From Nitrospirota bacterium (lineage in GTDB: Bacteria > Nitrospirota > UBA9217), in assembly GCA_963740085.1 (NCBI GenBank), contig CAVUCU010000004.1:128001-192000 (forward strand): a stretch of 64,000 bases of DNA. The letters run 5' to 3'. Both the position numbers and the translations under genes were made by a program. This document shows positions 41,111 to 50,639 of this stretch, one piece after another. Each line of letters starts with the position of its first letter. The stretch's first letter is position 1. The notes under the pieces were generated by a model. It saw only the letters and a list, made by a program, of their open reading frames with translations. It did no database searches and was not told the DNA's origin.

Positions 41111-42205
41111 ATGAAGAAAATCATATCACTTCTGTTCATGGTGGCGCTCTTCGGCTGCACCCATCAGGACGAAAACGTCATCAGGATCGGCGCCGCAGGT
41201 CCCATGACCGGGGACCAGAGCAAGATGGGCATCGACCTGAGGAACGGAGTTGAACTTGCTGCTGCTGAATGGAATGAAAAAGGCGGTCTCCTGGGGAAAA
41301 AGGTCCAGGTGGTCCCGGGTGATGATCAAGCGGACCCTAAACAGGCAGTGTCAATCGCAAACAAGTTCATAAACCAGAAGGTGAATGCAGTCGTGGGACA
41401 TTGGAATTCCAACTGCTCTATTATTGCATCGACGTATTACCATGCCGCACATATTGTCGCCATCAGCCCCGCCTCAACGAATCCCCGACTTACCCAGCAG
41501 GGATATAAGACCATTTTTCGCGTATGCGGCACCGATGACCAACAGGGAGGAGTTGCGGCGGAATTTGTTCTGAAAACGTTGAAATCGAAACGAGTGGCCG
41601 TTCTCCATGACAAGACGACATATGGTCAGGGTCTCGCGGATTATTTCAAGAAAGCCGTTGAAAACAAGGTTCGGGTGGTTTTTTACGACGGCATCCAGAC
41701 CAGGGACCCCGATTATAAAGCGGTATTGACCTCGATGAAAGAAAAGAATCCGGACGTTTATTTCTTCGGCGGCGTATATCCCGAGGCCGGCAGGCTCGTC
41801 CGTCAGGCCAAAGAGGTGGGGATGAATATCCCCATGATCACCGGGGACGGAGTGTATGACCCGACGTTCATAGCGATCGCGGGTAAATCGGCCGAAGGGA
41901 CCTATGTGACGTTCGGCAAAGACCCCTCGGGGTTGACGACGTCCAGGTCGTTCAATGAAAAATATACCGCAAAATACGGCGCCCCGGGGCCGTACTCCAT
42001 CTATGCCTATGACGCGGCCAACGTCATTCTTACCGCGATCCAACAGACGGGGACGACGGACGGCTTGAAAGTCGCGGAGTACATTTCCCGCAGCACCTTT
42101 AAAGGCGCGTTTGGCGACATATCCTTTGACAAGAACGGTGATGTGTCCAAGGCGCCTTATGTGGTGTGGAAGGTCGTTGACGGTAAATTTGTTGAAGTGA
42201 AGTAG
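41111..42205 (+). CDS. Branched-chain amino-acid ABC substrate-binding lipoprotein (LivK/LivJ family)
   Basis: Lipobox LFGC, GPMTG, DDQADP, VVGH.NS, HDKTTYGQGLA. Confidence 0.93.
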   Translation: MKKIISLLFMVALFGCTHQDENVIRIGAAGPMTGDQSKMGIDLRNGVELAAAEWNEKGGLLGKKVQVVPGDDQADPKQAVSIANKFINQKVNAVVGHWNSNCSIIASTYYHAAHIVAISPASTNPRLTQQGYKTIFRVCGTDDQQGGVAAEFVLKTLKSKRVAVLHDKTTYGQGLADYFKKAVENKVRVVFYDGIQTRDPDYKAVLTSMKEKNPDVYFFGGVYPEAGRLVRQAKEVGMNIPMITGDGVYDPTFIAIAGKSAEGTYVTFGKDPSGLTTSRSFNEKYTAKYGAPGPYSIYAYDAANVILTAIQQTGTTDGLKVAEYISRSTFKGAFGDISFDKNGDVSKAPYVVWKVVDGKFVEVK

Positions 42206-42214
42206 AAGGTAATC

Positions 42215-42324
42215 AGGTTCAGCGTTTAAAGTTCACGGTTCAAGGTTGGAAAGTCCACCGACCTGAACCCTGAACCCTGAACCCTGAACCCTGAACCCTG
42301 AACCCTGAACCCTGAACCCTGAAC
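42215..42324. repeat. Perfect (CCTGAAC)9 at 42262-42324, preceded by a degenerate inverse arm (GGTTCAG-like)
   Basis: Direct count of nine units; upstream ggttcag cgtttaa agttcac ggttcaa ggttg. Confidence 0.95.
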
Positions 42325-42336
42325 CGGTGGTCTTCC

Positions 42337-43239
42337 ATGTTTACCCAGCAACTCATAAACGGTCTTGCACTCGGCGCGGTGTATGCACTCATCGCCCTCG
42401 GGTACACCATGGTATACGGCATCCTCCAACTCATCAACTTCGCGCACGGCGAGGTATACATGCTCGGAGCGTATCTCGGGATCATCGTTCTCGGCGTACT
42501 GACCCACCTCGGGTTTACGGCATACAGCCTGCCGCTGTCGCTCCTGCTCACGGTTATCATATCGATGGCATTCTGTGCAGCGTACGGGGCGGTCATTGAA
42601 CGCGTTGCCTACCGGCCTCTCAGAAATGCATCAAAACTCGCGCCGCTTATCAGCGCCGTGGGCATGTCGATCATCCTCCAGAATTTTGTGATGCTTGCCC
42701 AGGGCAAGGAATACAAGAACCTGCCGCCCATGCTCCCTTCGGAAGGTTTTACCCTCTTCGGCGCCAATGTCTCACCGGTACAGATCTTCATCCTGACCGC
42801 GTCGGTACTGATCATGGTCGGTCTCCAATTCTTTGTTAAGAGAACACGGCTTGGCAAGGCCATGCGCGCTACCTCGCAGGACAGGGTCATGGCCGGCCTC
42901 GTGGGCATCAATATTAACCAGGTCATTTCGATCACCTTCATGATCGGCTCTTCACTTGCGGCCGTGGCGGGTGTGATGGTGACGCTGTATTACGGGGTGG
43001 TGCACTTCTTCATGGGCTATCTTGCCGGCATCAAGGCCTTCACCGCTGCCGTGCTCGGCGGAATCGGCAGCATTCCCGGCGCCATGCTCGGCGGGTTCAT
43101 GCTCGGGCTTATCGAGAACTTCGGAGCGAGCTACATCTCGAATGTATATAAAGATGCCTTTGCATTTTTCGTCCTCATCATAACGCTCGTCATCCGTCCC
43201 GCGGGACTGCTGGGACAGAAGTCGATAGATAAAGTGTAA
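42337..43239 (+). CDS. livH: Branched-chain amino-acid ABC permease
   Basis: QQLINGL, YALIALGYTMVYG..INFAHGE, KAFTAAVLGGIG, RP.GL.G. Confidence 0.95.
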   Translation: MFTQQLINGLALGAVYALIALGYTMVYGILQLINFAHGEVYMLGAYLGIIVLGVLTHLGFTAYSLPLSLLLTVIISMAFCAAYGAVIERVAYRPLRNASKLAPLISAVGMSIILQNFVMLAQGKEYKNLPPMLPSEGFTLFGANVSPVQIFILTASVLIMVGLQFFVKRTRLGKAMRATSQDRVMAGLVGININQVISITFMIGSSLAAVAGVMVTLYYGVVHFFMGYLAGIKAFTAAVLGGIGSIPGAMLGGFMLGLIENFGASYISNVYKDAFAFFVLIITLVIRPAGLLGQKSIDKV

Positions 43240-43335
43240 GGTGAACAAATATCAAAACACAAGCGCCAAATCACAAGCAAGCACCAATTACCAAGTCCCG
43301 GCAGGCTGTTGAAGACATCAATGAACACCAATAAG

Positions 43336-43405
43336 GTCATTCTGAGCGCAGCGAAGAATCTCGCGTTCCCTGATATTTGAGATCCTTCACTTCGTTCAGG
43401 ATGAC
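43336..43405. repeat. GTCAT...ATGAC REP-like palindrome nested inside other repeat shells
   Basis: gtcattctgagcgcagcgaagaatct ... agatccttcacttcgttcaggatgac, 21/26 complementary. Confidence 0.8.
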
Positions 43406-43487
43406 GGCAGAAGGGCGCTTTCCAGGACAGCCACTAAACGTTCTAGTTATTATTTGTAATTTTGGATTTCACTCAATGGAGGGTTTC

Positions 43488-44780
43488 ATGTCTGATCTCA
43501 AGAAGATGTACAAGACCATCATGTCCGACAATTTTCCACCCGAGATGACCATTACCTTCGGCGATCAGAAGCTGACATACCGCAAGCGATCATGGAAGAT
43601 CGCCGAAGAGGGGACCGGAGAGCTCATCGAGAAAGGCCTGCGCTATGGCGAGAATCCCGACCAGCAGGCCGCCATGTACCAGCTGGTAAGCGGAAATCTC
43701 CTGCTCGCGGGTGTCAAGTTCATAGGACCCGGCAACGGTCTCGTGAGCGCTATCACCGAGGAACAGATGGTCCAGGCCGGGAAACATCCCGGCAAGACAA
43801 ATTTTACCGATCTTGACAATGCCCTCAATATCCTGAAGTATCTGATGGACCGCCCCGCAGCGGCCATCATGAAGCACAATAATCCCTGCGGCGTGGCTTA
43901 TGGAAATACCGTGGCGGAGGCATACGATCGGGCAAACATGGCGGACCGCATCGCGGCGTTCGGCGGCTGTCTGGCGGTCAACAGGCCGATGGATAAGCAG
44001 ACTGCCGAGATGGCGAATGCGAACTATCTGGAGGTTGTCGCCGCGCCCGACTATGAAGACGGCGCTGTCGGGATTTTGTCGAAACGAAAGAATCTGCGCA
44101 TCATTAAACTCGAAAAGATCAACGAACTCGCAAAATACCGTGACATGAGCTTTGTGGAATTCAAGGCCCTGATCGACGGCGGCATTATCGTCCAGCAATC
44201 CCAAAAGAATGCGATCCGGAAGAAGGAGGATTTTCAGGAAGCAAAGACGCTCTCCAAAGGCAAGGAATACAGGATCGAACGGAAACCGACGGACCGGGAA
44301 TACGACGACATGCTGTTCGGCTGGAACGTGGAACAGGGGATCACCTCCAATTCGGTCATCTATGTGAAAGACGGCGTCACCGTCGGCATCGGGACCGGAG
44401 AGCAGGACCGGGTTGGTGTTGCCGAGATCGCTATCTTCAAGGCCTATACGAAATATGCGGACGCGCTCTGCTTCAAGAAATACGGGATGCCCTACAAAAC
44501 ATTCGAGTTGGAAGCAAGCCAGGGGAAACGGGACAAGGGGGCGCTCAAGGAGATCGATGATCAGACCAGGAAGGATAAGGGTGGACTGATCGGTTCCACC
44601 ATGGTCTCGGATGCATTTTTCCCGTTCCGGGACGGTGTGGACGTAGGCATCAAGGAAGGCATAACAGCGATCGTGCAACCCGGCGGATCGGACCGCGATT
44701 TCGATGTCATCACGGCCTGCAACGAAGCAAACCCCACGGTGACCATGGTGTTTACCGGCCAACGGGTGTTCAAACATTAA
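43488..44780 (+). CDS. PurH-family AICAR transformylase lacking the N-terminal IMP-cyclohydrolase (MGS) domain
   Basis: LRYGENP.Q, KHNNPCG, AFGG, SNSV, SDAFFPF.D, QPGGS, R.FKH. Confidence 0.85.
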   Translation: MSDLKKMYKTIMSDNFPPEMTITFGDQKLTYRKRSWKIAEEGTGELIEKGLRYGENPDQQAAMYQLVSGNLLLAGVKFIGPGNGLVSAITEEQMVQAGKHPGKTNFTDLDNALNILKYLMDRPAAAIMKHNNPCGVAYGNTVAEAYDRANMADRIAAFGGCLAVNRPMDKQTAEMANANYLEVVAAPDYEDGAVGILSKRKNLRIIKLEKINELAKYRDMSFVEFKALIDGGIIVQQSQKNAIRKKEDFQEAKTLSKGKEYRIERKPTDREYDDMLFGWNVEQGITSNSVIYVKDGVTVGIGTGEQDRVGVAEIAIFKAYTKYADALCFKKYGMPYKTFELEASQGKRDKGALKEIDDQTRKDKGGLIGSTMVSDAFFPFRDGVDVGIKEGITAIVQPGGSDRDFDVITACNEANPTVTMVFTGQRVFKH

Positions 44781-44960
44781 TGAAGCCTTGCAAAGTTGTG
44801 CTGACGATACAACCCTCAAGCCTGGGCGGGATTTGATCTCAAACAGGCATGTGGTTCTTTATTTCAGAGGAGTATACCGTGATGCGAAAGAACGCCACGT
44901 ACGGGACACGCGTATTCCCGGGTCCCCCGAAGCGGCATAATTGTCACGGCCATCCGTGCT

Positions 44961-45740
44961 TTACTTCAACGCCCTGATCTCCGGAAGCTTTTCCTCAGCA
45001 GCCTTTTTGCCGCGCTTCAGCAATTCCTTTGATTTCGACAGATCATAGAGGGGGATTCCCCCCGCATTCACCTGAATAAGGACATCAGCAAGCTTTTCCT
45101 CTTCCCGCGCATTCCGTGACGCCCAGAGTGCAGAAAGGTGCGCCGCGATCTTTATGATATTGTCAAACTGCTCCAACTCAAGCGCTTTATGATTCACGTT
45201 TACCGCGACGACTTTTCGCAGGCCCAATTCATTCCGCACCGTCCTGACCGGTATCTGGCTGGAAACGCCGCCATCGACGAGGGTTTTCCTGTTGATCTCC
45301 GTTGGCGTAAAAATGACCGGCAGGCTGCAGCTGGCCTGGACCGCCCTGGCGATCGATCCGCTCGTGATCACGACCTTCTCACCGCTACGGAGGTCTGTGG
45401 CGACTGCGGCAAAGGGGAGGGGGAGGGAGGAGAACTTTTTAACCGGAAGGATGTCTTCCATGAACTGGAAGATCCCTTCGCTTGATATGAGGCCTGTACG
45501 GGGGACGGTAAATTTAAGCACATCCTTCCATCTGGTGCCCAGAAGAATGCGCCGGATCTCCGAGACGGACATGCCGGCGCAATAGAGAGCGCCGATGATG
45601 CTGCCGGAGCTGGTTCCGGCTATGGCGTGAATGGGCACCCCATCCTGCTCCAGGACGTCCAGTACGGCGATATGGGCGATGCCACGTGCTGCACCGCCCG
45701 AGAGGGCCAGTCCGATTCCGGGATTTGACGATGGGGTCAT
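44961..45740 (-). CDS. Patatin-like phospholipase
   Basis: LSGGAARG.AH, GTSSG, DGG. Confidence 0.93.
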   Translation of the reverse strand: MTPSSNPGIGLALSGGAARGIAHIAVLDVLEQDGVPIHAIAGTSSGSIIGALYCAGMSVSEIRRILLGTRWKDVLKFTVPRTGLISSEGIFQFMEDILPVKKFSSLPLPFAAVATDLRSGEKVVITSGSIARAVQASCSLPVIFTPTEINRKTLVDGGVSSQIPVRTVRNELGLRKVVAVNVNHKALELEQFDNIIKIAAHLSALWASRNAREEEKLADVLIQVNAGGIPLYDLSKSKELLKRGKKAAEEKLPEIRALK

Positions 45741-45769
45741 GATATGCCTGATTGGGATCGTGGTGGTTA

Positions 45770-45950
45770 AGCAGGTGTTTAGGGTGAAGACTGAATTCAG
45801 GTTATTAGGTTGACGGCTGAAGGAAGTGCAGGTTGTTCAGATGAAGGCGGAAGGCTGACGTAACCTAAAAATCTTCCCCTTCAGTCTAACCCCTTCAGCC
45901 TACCCACCTGATTTTTCCTCTCCCCCTTCAGTCTCTCCACCTGACTGCCC
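45770..45950. repeat. Mirrored GCTGAAG/CTTCAGC element; related copies at 60308-60382, 38900-38985 and, degenerate, 17512-17582
   Basis: gtgaagactgaa..ggctgaagg..gatgaaggcggaaggctga ... ccttcagtct..ccttcagcct..ccttcagtct. Confidence 0.65.
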
Positions 45951-45972
45951 TGCACCGAACAGGACATAGCGT

Positions 45973-46575
45973 TTATTTACTCGAAAGTCTATTAACCGCG
46001 TTTTTGATGTGCGCTCCCACGTCCTCAAATGCGTAGAGGATGCACAAATAGGTCGAAGAGGATTTGGGCGAGCATTCGCCCGTTACGAGCCTGTCTTCGT
46101 GGGCGGTTGCGAAATTGTTGGCCATGCGCTCCATGGCGTCGGCATCGGCAATCGTCGATTCGATGGCGGCCTGGGCGCCCGTAATTGCGGCCTCGGAAGA
46201 CTTTTTGAGCACGTCCCTGGTCAAGGCGAAGAGTTTGCCGGTCTCATTGACGGCTTTGTCACTGAAGAGCAGGCCTTCCCTGATCCGCGTTCGACTGCTC
46301 TCGGTGATGCGCTTGATGATGGTGGCGATCTTTTCAATATGGGAGGGAACCGTGAGGAGCATCCGCGCCTCATTGTTCGTTGAGGCCATTTTCGCGAGCG
46401 TGGCGGTCAGGACGTCTTCCCTGGCATGGATCTCCTTTACGAGCTCATCGGCCTGATCCAGGGAGGCAAGCTTGTTCTTCATGAACCCCTCTTCCACCAG
46501 TTCGAGCATCTCCTGTGCCTTGTGCATCGACAAGTATATTTCTTTTTTAAGGTCCTTTATTGTTTGTTCCGGCAT
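45973..46575 (-). CDS. Stand-alone PhoU-like protein resembling the C-terminal domain of Na/Pi cotransporters
   Basis: HIEKI, LFSDKA..E, HEDRL..GEC.P; AGGAG RBS. Confidence 0.7.
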   Translation of the reverse strand: MPEQTIKDLKKEIYLSMHKAQEMLELVEEGFMKNKLASLDQADELVKEIHAREDVLTATLAKMASTNNEARMLLTVPSHIEKIATIIKRITESSRTRIREGLLFSDKAVNETGKLFALTRDVLKKSSEAAITGAQAAIESTIADADAMERMANNFATAHEDRLVTGECSPKSSSTYLCILYAFEDVGAHIKNAVNRLSSK

Positions 46576-46812
46576 ATGATGAACGCTCCTTTCGATTGAC
46601 CCTGAAACTCTCCCGCAGGTGATGTGCAAAATTTAGGAGACTATATCAGAAAAACACCGAGATGACATGTTAATTTTATTTATGACAATATATTAATGTT
46701 TAATAGATTTTGCTTTTCTGCAGGCACTCCGGGATGACCACGGCCGCGCGTTGAATCGCTTCTATGTCTATAAATATTTTAGCATATTTTGTTTTGCCCG
46801 GCGGATTTTTTC

Positions 46813-46841
46813 TTGACTTAACCAGAGGCCGCTGGTATAAC
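46813..46841 (+). promoter_or_regulatory. Sigma70 promoter TTGACT-N17-TATAAC with extended TG
   Basis: Near-consensus, 38 nt before the ATG at 46880. Confidence 0.65.
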
Positions 46842-46879
46842 CTACATCATTAAACAATATCCTTTGCAGCGGAGCGATC

Positions 46880-48145
46880 ATGCCCTTTTTCGCAGAAGAA
46901 ATCTTTATCAGCGAGGTCTATAAGAAGCCGGTACTTGACCAGACGGGTGAGGAGATCGGGAAGCTCAAGGACATTATCGTGGGCTTGGGAGAGCTTTTTC
47001 CTGCGGTAACCTCCGTGGTCATTTCATCCGGCCAGGACACCTATCTCGTGCCCTGGGACATGATCAATCTTTTCAACCGACGCGTCATTTCGGTGAATGC
47101 GCGTATGGACGCCTTGAAACCCTCCGAGATCGCCTCGTCCGACATTCTCATATTCCGGGACCTTCTTGACAAACAGATCGTCGATATTAACGGCGCCAAG
47201 CTGGTGCGTGTCAATGACCTCGAACTCGGAGAGGTGAAGGGCAGACTCTGCCTGGTTGCCGCGGACATCGGTCTCCGGGGGCTCCTGCGCAGGCTCGGCG
47301 TGGAAAAACGCGGGGAAAAATTCCTTGCACTGCTCAAGTACAAACTCCAGCATAAGCTTATTTCCTGGACCTATGTCCAGACCGTGGAACCAAAGTTGAC
47401 ACGGCTGACCCTGAGGGTCTCGCGCCAGAAAGTTTCGAGTCTTCACCCTGCGGACCTTGCCGAGATCATCAGCGAAGTTTCCCAGAAAGAGCGGACGGCC
47501 ATGTTCGGCAGCCTCGATGTGGACACGGCCGCCGAGGCGCTGCACGAACTTGAACCCCGGGTCCAGGCTGACATCATCGACGAAATGTCCAGGGAACGGG
47601 CGTCCGATATCCTCGAGCGCATGCCGCCCGACGAGGCCGCGGACGTGCTCGGCGACCTGCCCGAGGCCAAGGCGCAGGAACTCATCAACCTCATGGAGAA
47701 GGAAGAGGCCGAGGATGTCCAGGAACTCATGGAGCACGAGGACAACACGGCGGGTGGTCTCATGACCACCGAATTCCTGGCATTCCCGCCGGACATGACC
47801 GTGGAAGAGGCGATCAAGGAACTGCGGCTCGAAGCGCCGGACGTGGAGACGATCTACTATCTGTATATCGTGGACCAGGACGAGCATGTCAACGGAGTGG
47901 TGTCCCTCAAGAACCTTATCCTCGCCATGCCGCAAGCTTTGCTGGGCGATATCATGCTTACGCCGGTCAAAACGCTTCCGCTCGATGCCGAACAAGAGGA
48001 CGTGGCCGAGTTCATCTCGAAGTACAACCTGCTTGCCGCACCGGTGGTGGATGAGAACGCCGCGATCCGCGGGATCGTGACCGTGGACGATGTGCTGGAT
48101 TTCCTCTTGCCGACCGCCTCGCGAAAGAAACGAAGAAGACTGTAA
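46880..48145 (+). CDS. MgtE-like cytoplasmic protein (PRC barrels, MgtE-N, CBS pair), no TM domain
   Basis: LLDKQIVD.NG.K.VRVND, LHPADLA, M.PDEAAD, TAGGLMT, GIVTVDD. Confidence 0.88.
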   Translation: MPFFAEEIFISEVYKKPVLDQTGEEIGKLKDIIVGLGELFPAVTSVVISSGQDTYLVPWDMINLFNRRVISVNARMDALKPSEIASSDILIFRDLLDKQIVDINGAKLVRVNDLELGEVKGRLCLVAADIGLRGLLRRLGVEKRGEKFLALLKYKLQHKLISWTYVQTVEPKLTRLTLRVSRQKVSSLHPADLAEIISEVSQKERTAMFGSLDVDTAAEALHELEPRVQADIIDEMSRERASDILERMPPDEAADVLGDLPEAKAQELINLMEKEEAEDVQELMEHEDNTAGGLMTTEFLAFPPDMTVEEAIKELRLEAPDVETIYYLYIVDQDEHVNGVVSLKNLILAMPQALLGDIMLTPVKTLPLDAEQEDVAEFISKYNLLAAPVVDENAAIRGIVTVDDVLDFLLPTASRKKRRRL

Positions 48146-48190
48146 CCCTATTGACGCAGCATTGTCTGAGCATCGGAGCATAAAAAAAAT

Positions 48191-48326
48191 GGTATCTACT
48201 CAGGTCAAAATCTAATAGCCGCGAAAGAACGCAAGGAACGCAGAAAAATATTTAAAACCGAAATTATGATTTTTGGTTTTTCTTTGAGTTCTTTGTGTTC
48301 TTTTGCGGCAAGCCTGAGCAGTTACG
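48191..48326 (-). mobile_element. ~135-bp MITE-like element, copy 1 (reverse orientation)
   Basis: Reverse complement aligns end to end with 55055-55190 and 59583-59715; ends GTAACTGCTCAGG / CCTGAGTAGATACC. Confidence 0.8.
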
Positions 48327-48382
48327 AAAAATCACGAACATCCTGCCTTCACCAGCCGCAGGTGTCTGGAGATGAACAACCG

Positions 48383-49636
48383 GTGAAGTTTGTTGAGTGG
48401 ATAAAAAAAATAAAGGACAGACGGATCTTCCTGATCCTTGCCGTGATCGGACCTGGAGTGATCGCCGGGAACGCCGGGAACGACGCCGGCGGGATAGCCA
48501 CGTATTCCATCGTCGGCGCCCGGGAGGGCTATGGTCTTCTGTGGGTCCTGGTCCTTCTTATGGGGGCCCTGGCCGTGGTCCAGGAAATGTCATCGCGAAT
48601 GGGTGTGGTGACCGGGAAAGGGTTCGGGGACCTGGTGAGGGAGCAGTTCGGCGTCAGGGTCACGCTCGGCATCATGCTGCTGTTCATCGTCGCCAATCTC
48701 ACCGTCACGATCGCAGAATTTGCCGGCATAGCGGCCAGCATGGAGTTGTTCGGCGTGCATAAGAACATCTCCGTTCCCCTTTCTGCCTTTCTGGTATGGC
48801 TCGTGGTCGTCAAGGGGAACTTCAAACAGGTGGAGCGGTTCCTTCTCTTGATCAGCATGATCTATTTGACCTATGTGGTCTCCGGTGTCATGTCGAATCC
48901 TCCCTGGCACGAAGTTGCACGGCAGATCGCGCTCCCCCGCATCAGGATGGACAGCGACTATATTCTTCTCTTCATCACCATGGTAGGAACGACGATCACA
49001 CCATATATGCAGTTTTACCTCCAGTCGGCGGTCGTTGACAAGGGAGTGCGGATCGAAGAATACGGGTATGCCAAGTTCGATGTCTATGCCGGTGCCTTCA
49101 TGACCATATTCATCGCGTTCTTTATTGTCCTTGCCACGGGGACGATACTCCATCCGGCGGGTGTCATAGTTGATTCTGCGGAAGACGCCGCCCAAGCTTT
49201 GAGGCCTCTTGCAGGTCCGTTCGCTTCACAGCTGTTCGCCGTGGGTCTCTTGAACGCGTCTGTCCTGGCTGCTTTCGTTCTTCCTCTGGCAACGGCCTAT
49301 GGTTTATCCGAGGCATTCGGCTGGGAGTCGGGGGTCAATAAATCCTTTCGCGAAGCGCCGCAATTTCTGGGCTTCTACACAGCCTTTATCGTGATCGGAG
49401 CGGGGGTGATCATGATCCCGAATGCGCCGCTCATTAAGATCATGTTCCTGTCCCAGACCGTGAACGGCATCCTGCTGCCCTTCGTGCTCATTATCATGTT
49501 GAAACTGGTGAACGATCCGACAATCATGGGAGAATACGTCAATTCGAGGAGAATGAACATCATTGCCTGGATCACCATTTCCGTCCTTATCCTGCTGACG
49601 GTTCTGCTGCTTGTCACCAGTTTTGCGATGGACTGA
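48383..49636 (+). CDS. NRAMP-family divalent metal transporter (NrmT/MntH-like)
   Basis: GPG.I...AGNDAGGIATY, QEM..R.G.VTG.G, GTTITPY; GTG start inferred. Confidence 0.9.
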   Translation: MKFVEWIKKIKDRRIFLILAVIGPGVIAGNAGNDAGGIATYSIVGAREGYGLLWVLVLLMGALAVVQEMSSRMGVVTGKGFGDLVREQFGVRVTLGIMLLFIVANLTVTIAEFAGIAASMELFGVHKNISVPLSAFLVWLVVVKGNFKQVERFLLLISMIYLTYVVSGVMSNPPWHEVARQIALPRIRMDSDYILLFITMVGTTITPYMQFYLQSAVVDKGVRIEEYGYAKFDVYAGAFMTIFIAFFIVLATGTILHPAGVIVDSAEDAAQALRPLAGPFASQLFAVGLLNASVLAAFVLPLATAYGLSEAFGWESGVNKSFREAPQFLGFYTAFIVIGAGVIMIPNAPLIKIMFLSQTVNGILLPFVLIIMLKLVNDPTIMGEYVNSRRMNIIAWITISVLILLTVLLLVTSFAMD

Positions 49637-49639
49637 TAT

Positions 49640-50350
49640 TTACCGGTGCTGGTTCGGGATCTCTTCGTACGGAATCGGATCGTTCACTCCCGCCCCTTTG
49701 AATCCCTTTAACCGCAATATACAGCTTTCGCACCTGCCGCAGGCCCGGTCGTTGTTCTGGTAGCAGCTCCAGCTCAGATGAAGCGGCGCGCGGCGGTTCA
49801 TGCCTTCTTTCACGATGGCCGACTTCTTGAGATGGATGAGGGGCGTGATGATCTCGATCCGCGTTTCCGGCTTCGTTCCCATCTCAATGACCTTGTTGAA
49901 CGCCCGATAAAACACCTCGCGGCAGTCGGGATAGCCTGAGCTGTCCTCTTCGACGGCGCCGATGAAGATCTTCGTCGCGCCGATGACCTCTGCCCAGGAA
50001 ACGGCGATGGAAAGGAGATGGGCATTCCGGAAGGGGACGTAGGTCGCAGGAATTCCGGATTGGGGATTTTGGATCGCGGATTGAGAAGGGTCAACTTCAG
50101 GAACGGGGATATTTTCGTCCGTCAGGGCGGAGCCGCCGATCACCTTCAAATGCTCGATGCTGATCGTCAGGCGTTTTCCGACCTTGTAATGATCCGCTAT
50201 TTCACTGAACGCCCGCAGTTCTCTCGCTTCGGTCCTCTGCCCATAGTTCACATGCAGGAACGCCATCCGGTATTCTTCATGCGCTACTGCCGCCGTGACG
50301 CAACTGTCCATGCCGCCGCTGACGAGTACAATCGCAAGTTCGTTCTTCAT
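49640..50350 (-). CDS. queC: 7-cyano-7-deazaguanine synthase
   Basis: SGGMDS, YGQR, TYVPFRN, GYPDC, SCY...CGRCESC.LR. Confidence 0.97.
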   Translation of the reverse strand: MKNELAIVLVSGGMDSCVTAAVAHEEYRMAFLHVNYGQRTEARELRAFSEIADHYKVGKRLTISIEHLKVIGGSALTDENIPVPEVDPSQSAIQNPQSGIPATYVPFRNAHLLSIAVSWAEVIGATKIFIGAVEEDSSGYPDCREVFYRAFNKVIEMGTKPETRIEIITPLIHLKKSAIVKEGMNRRAPLHLSWSCYQNNDRACGRCESCILRLKGFKGAGVNDPIPYEEIPNQHR

Positions 50351-50639
50351 GAACGTAGTCTACCAGTATCGTTCTGGAAATTCTACAGCTTTTTAGCGCG
50401 AGGTGATTGACGAGGAACGAAGGACGGGGGACAACGCGAGAGAGGTTACGTCTCTCGTCCTGCGAGCGAAGCAAACAGTTGTCCACCGTCCGTTGTTAAT
50501 TCAATGCGCCCCGTGTATGAGCATGGGGAGACATCGCGTGCAGACGACCTTTTCTTCACCTTCATGATAACAGGGGAGGTACACCCTGGTCTTGTCGTCA
50601 GTCCCGCACACAAAACATTTGATCTCTCTGTCTGCCATA

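Noticed and set aside
42262-42324. (CCTGAAC)9 as a CRISPR array or telomere-like repeat
   Set aside because: No spacers and no cas genes; resemblance to the plant telomere unit CCCTAAA is coincidental, and it fits the local heptamer families
46630-46879. M-box Mg riboswitch before the MgtE-like gene
   Set aside because: The predicted promoter leaves only ~30 nt of leader
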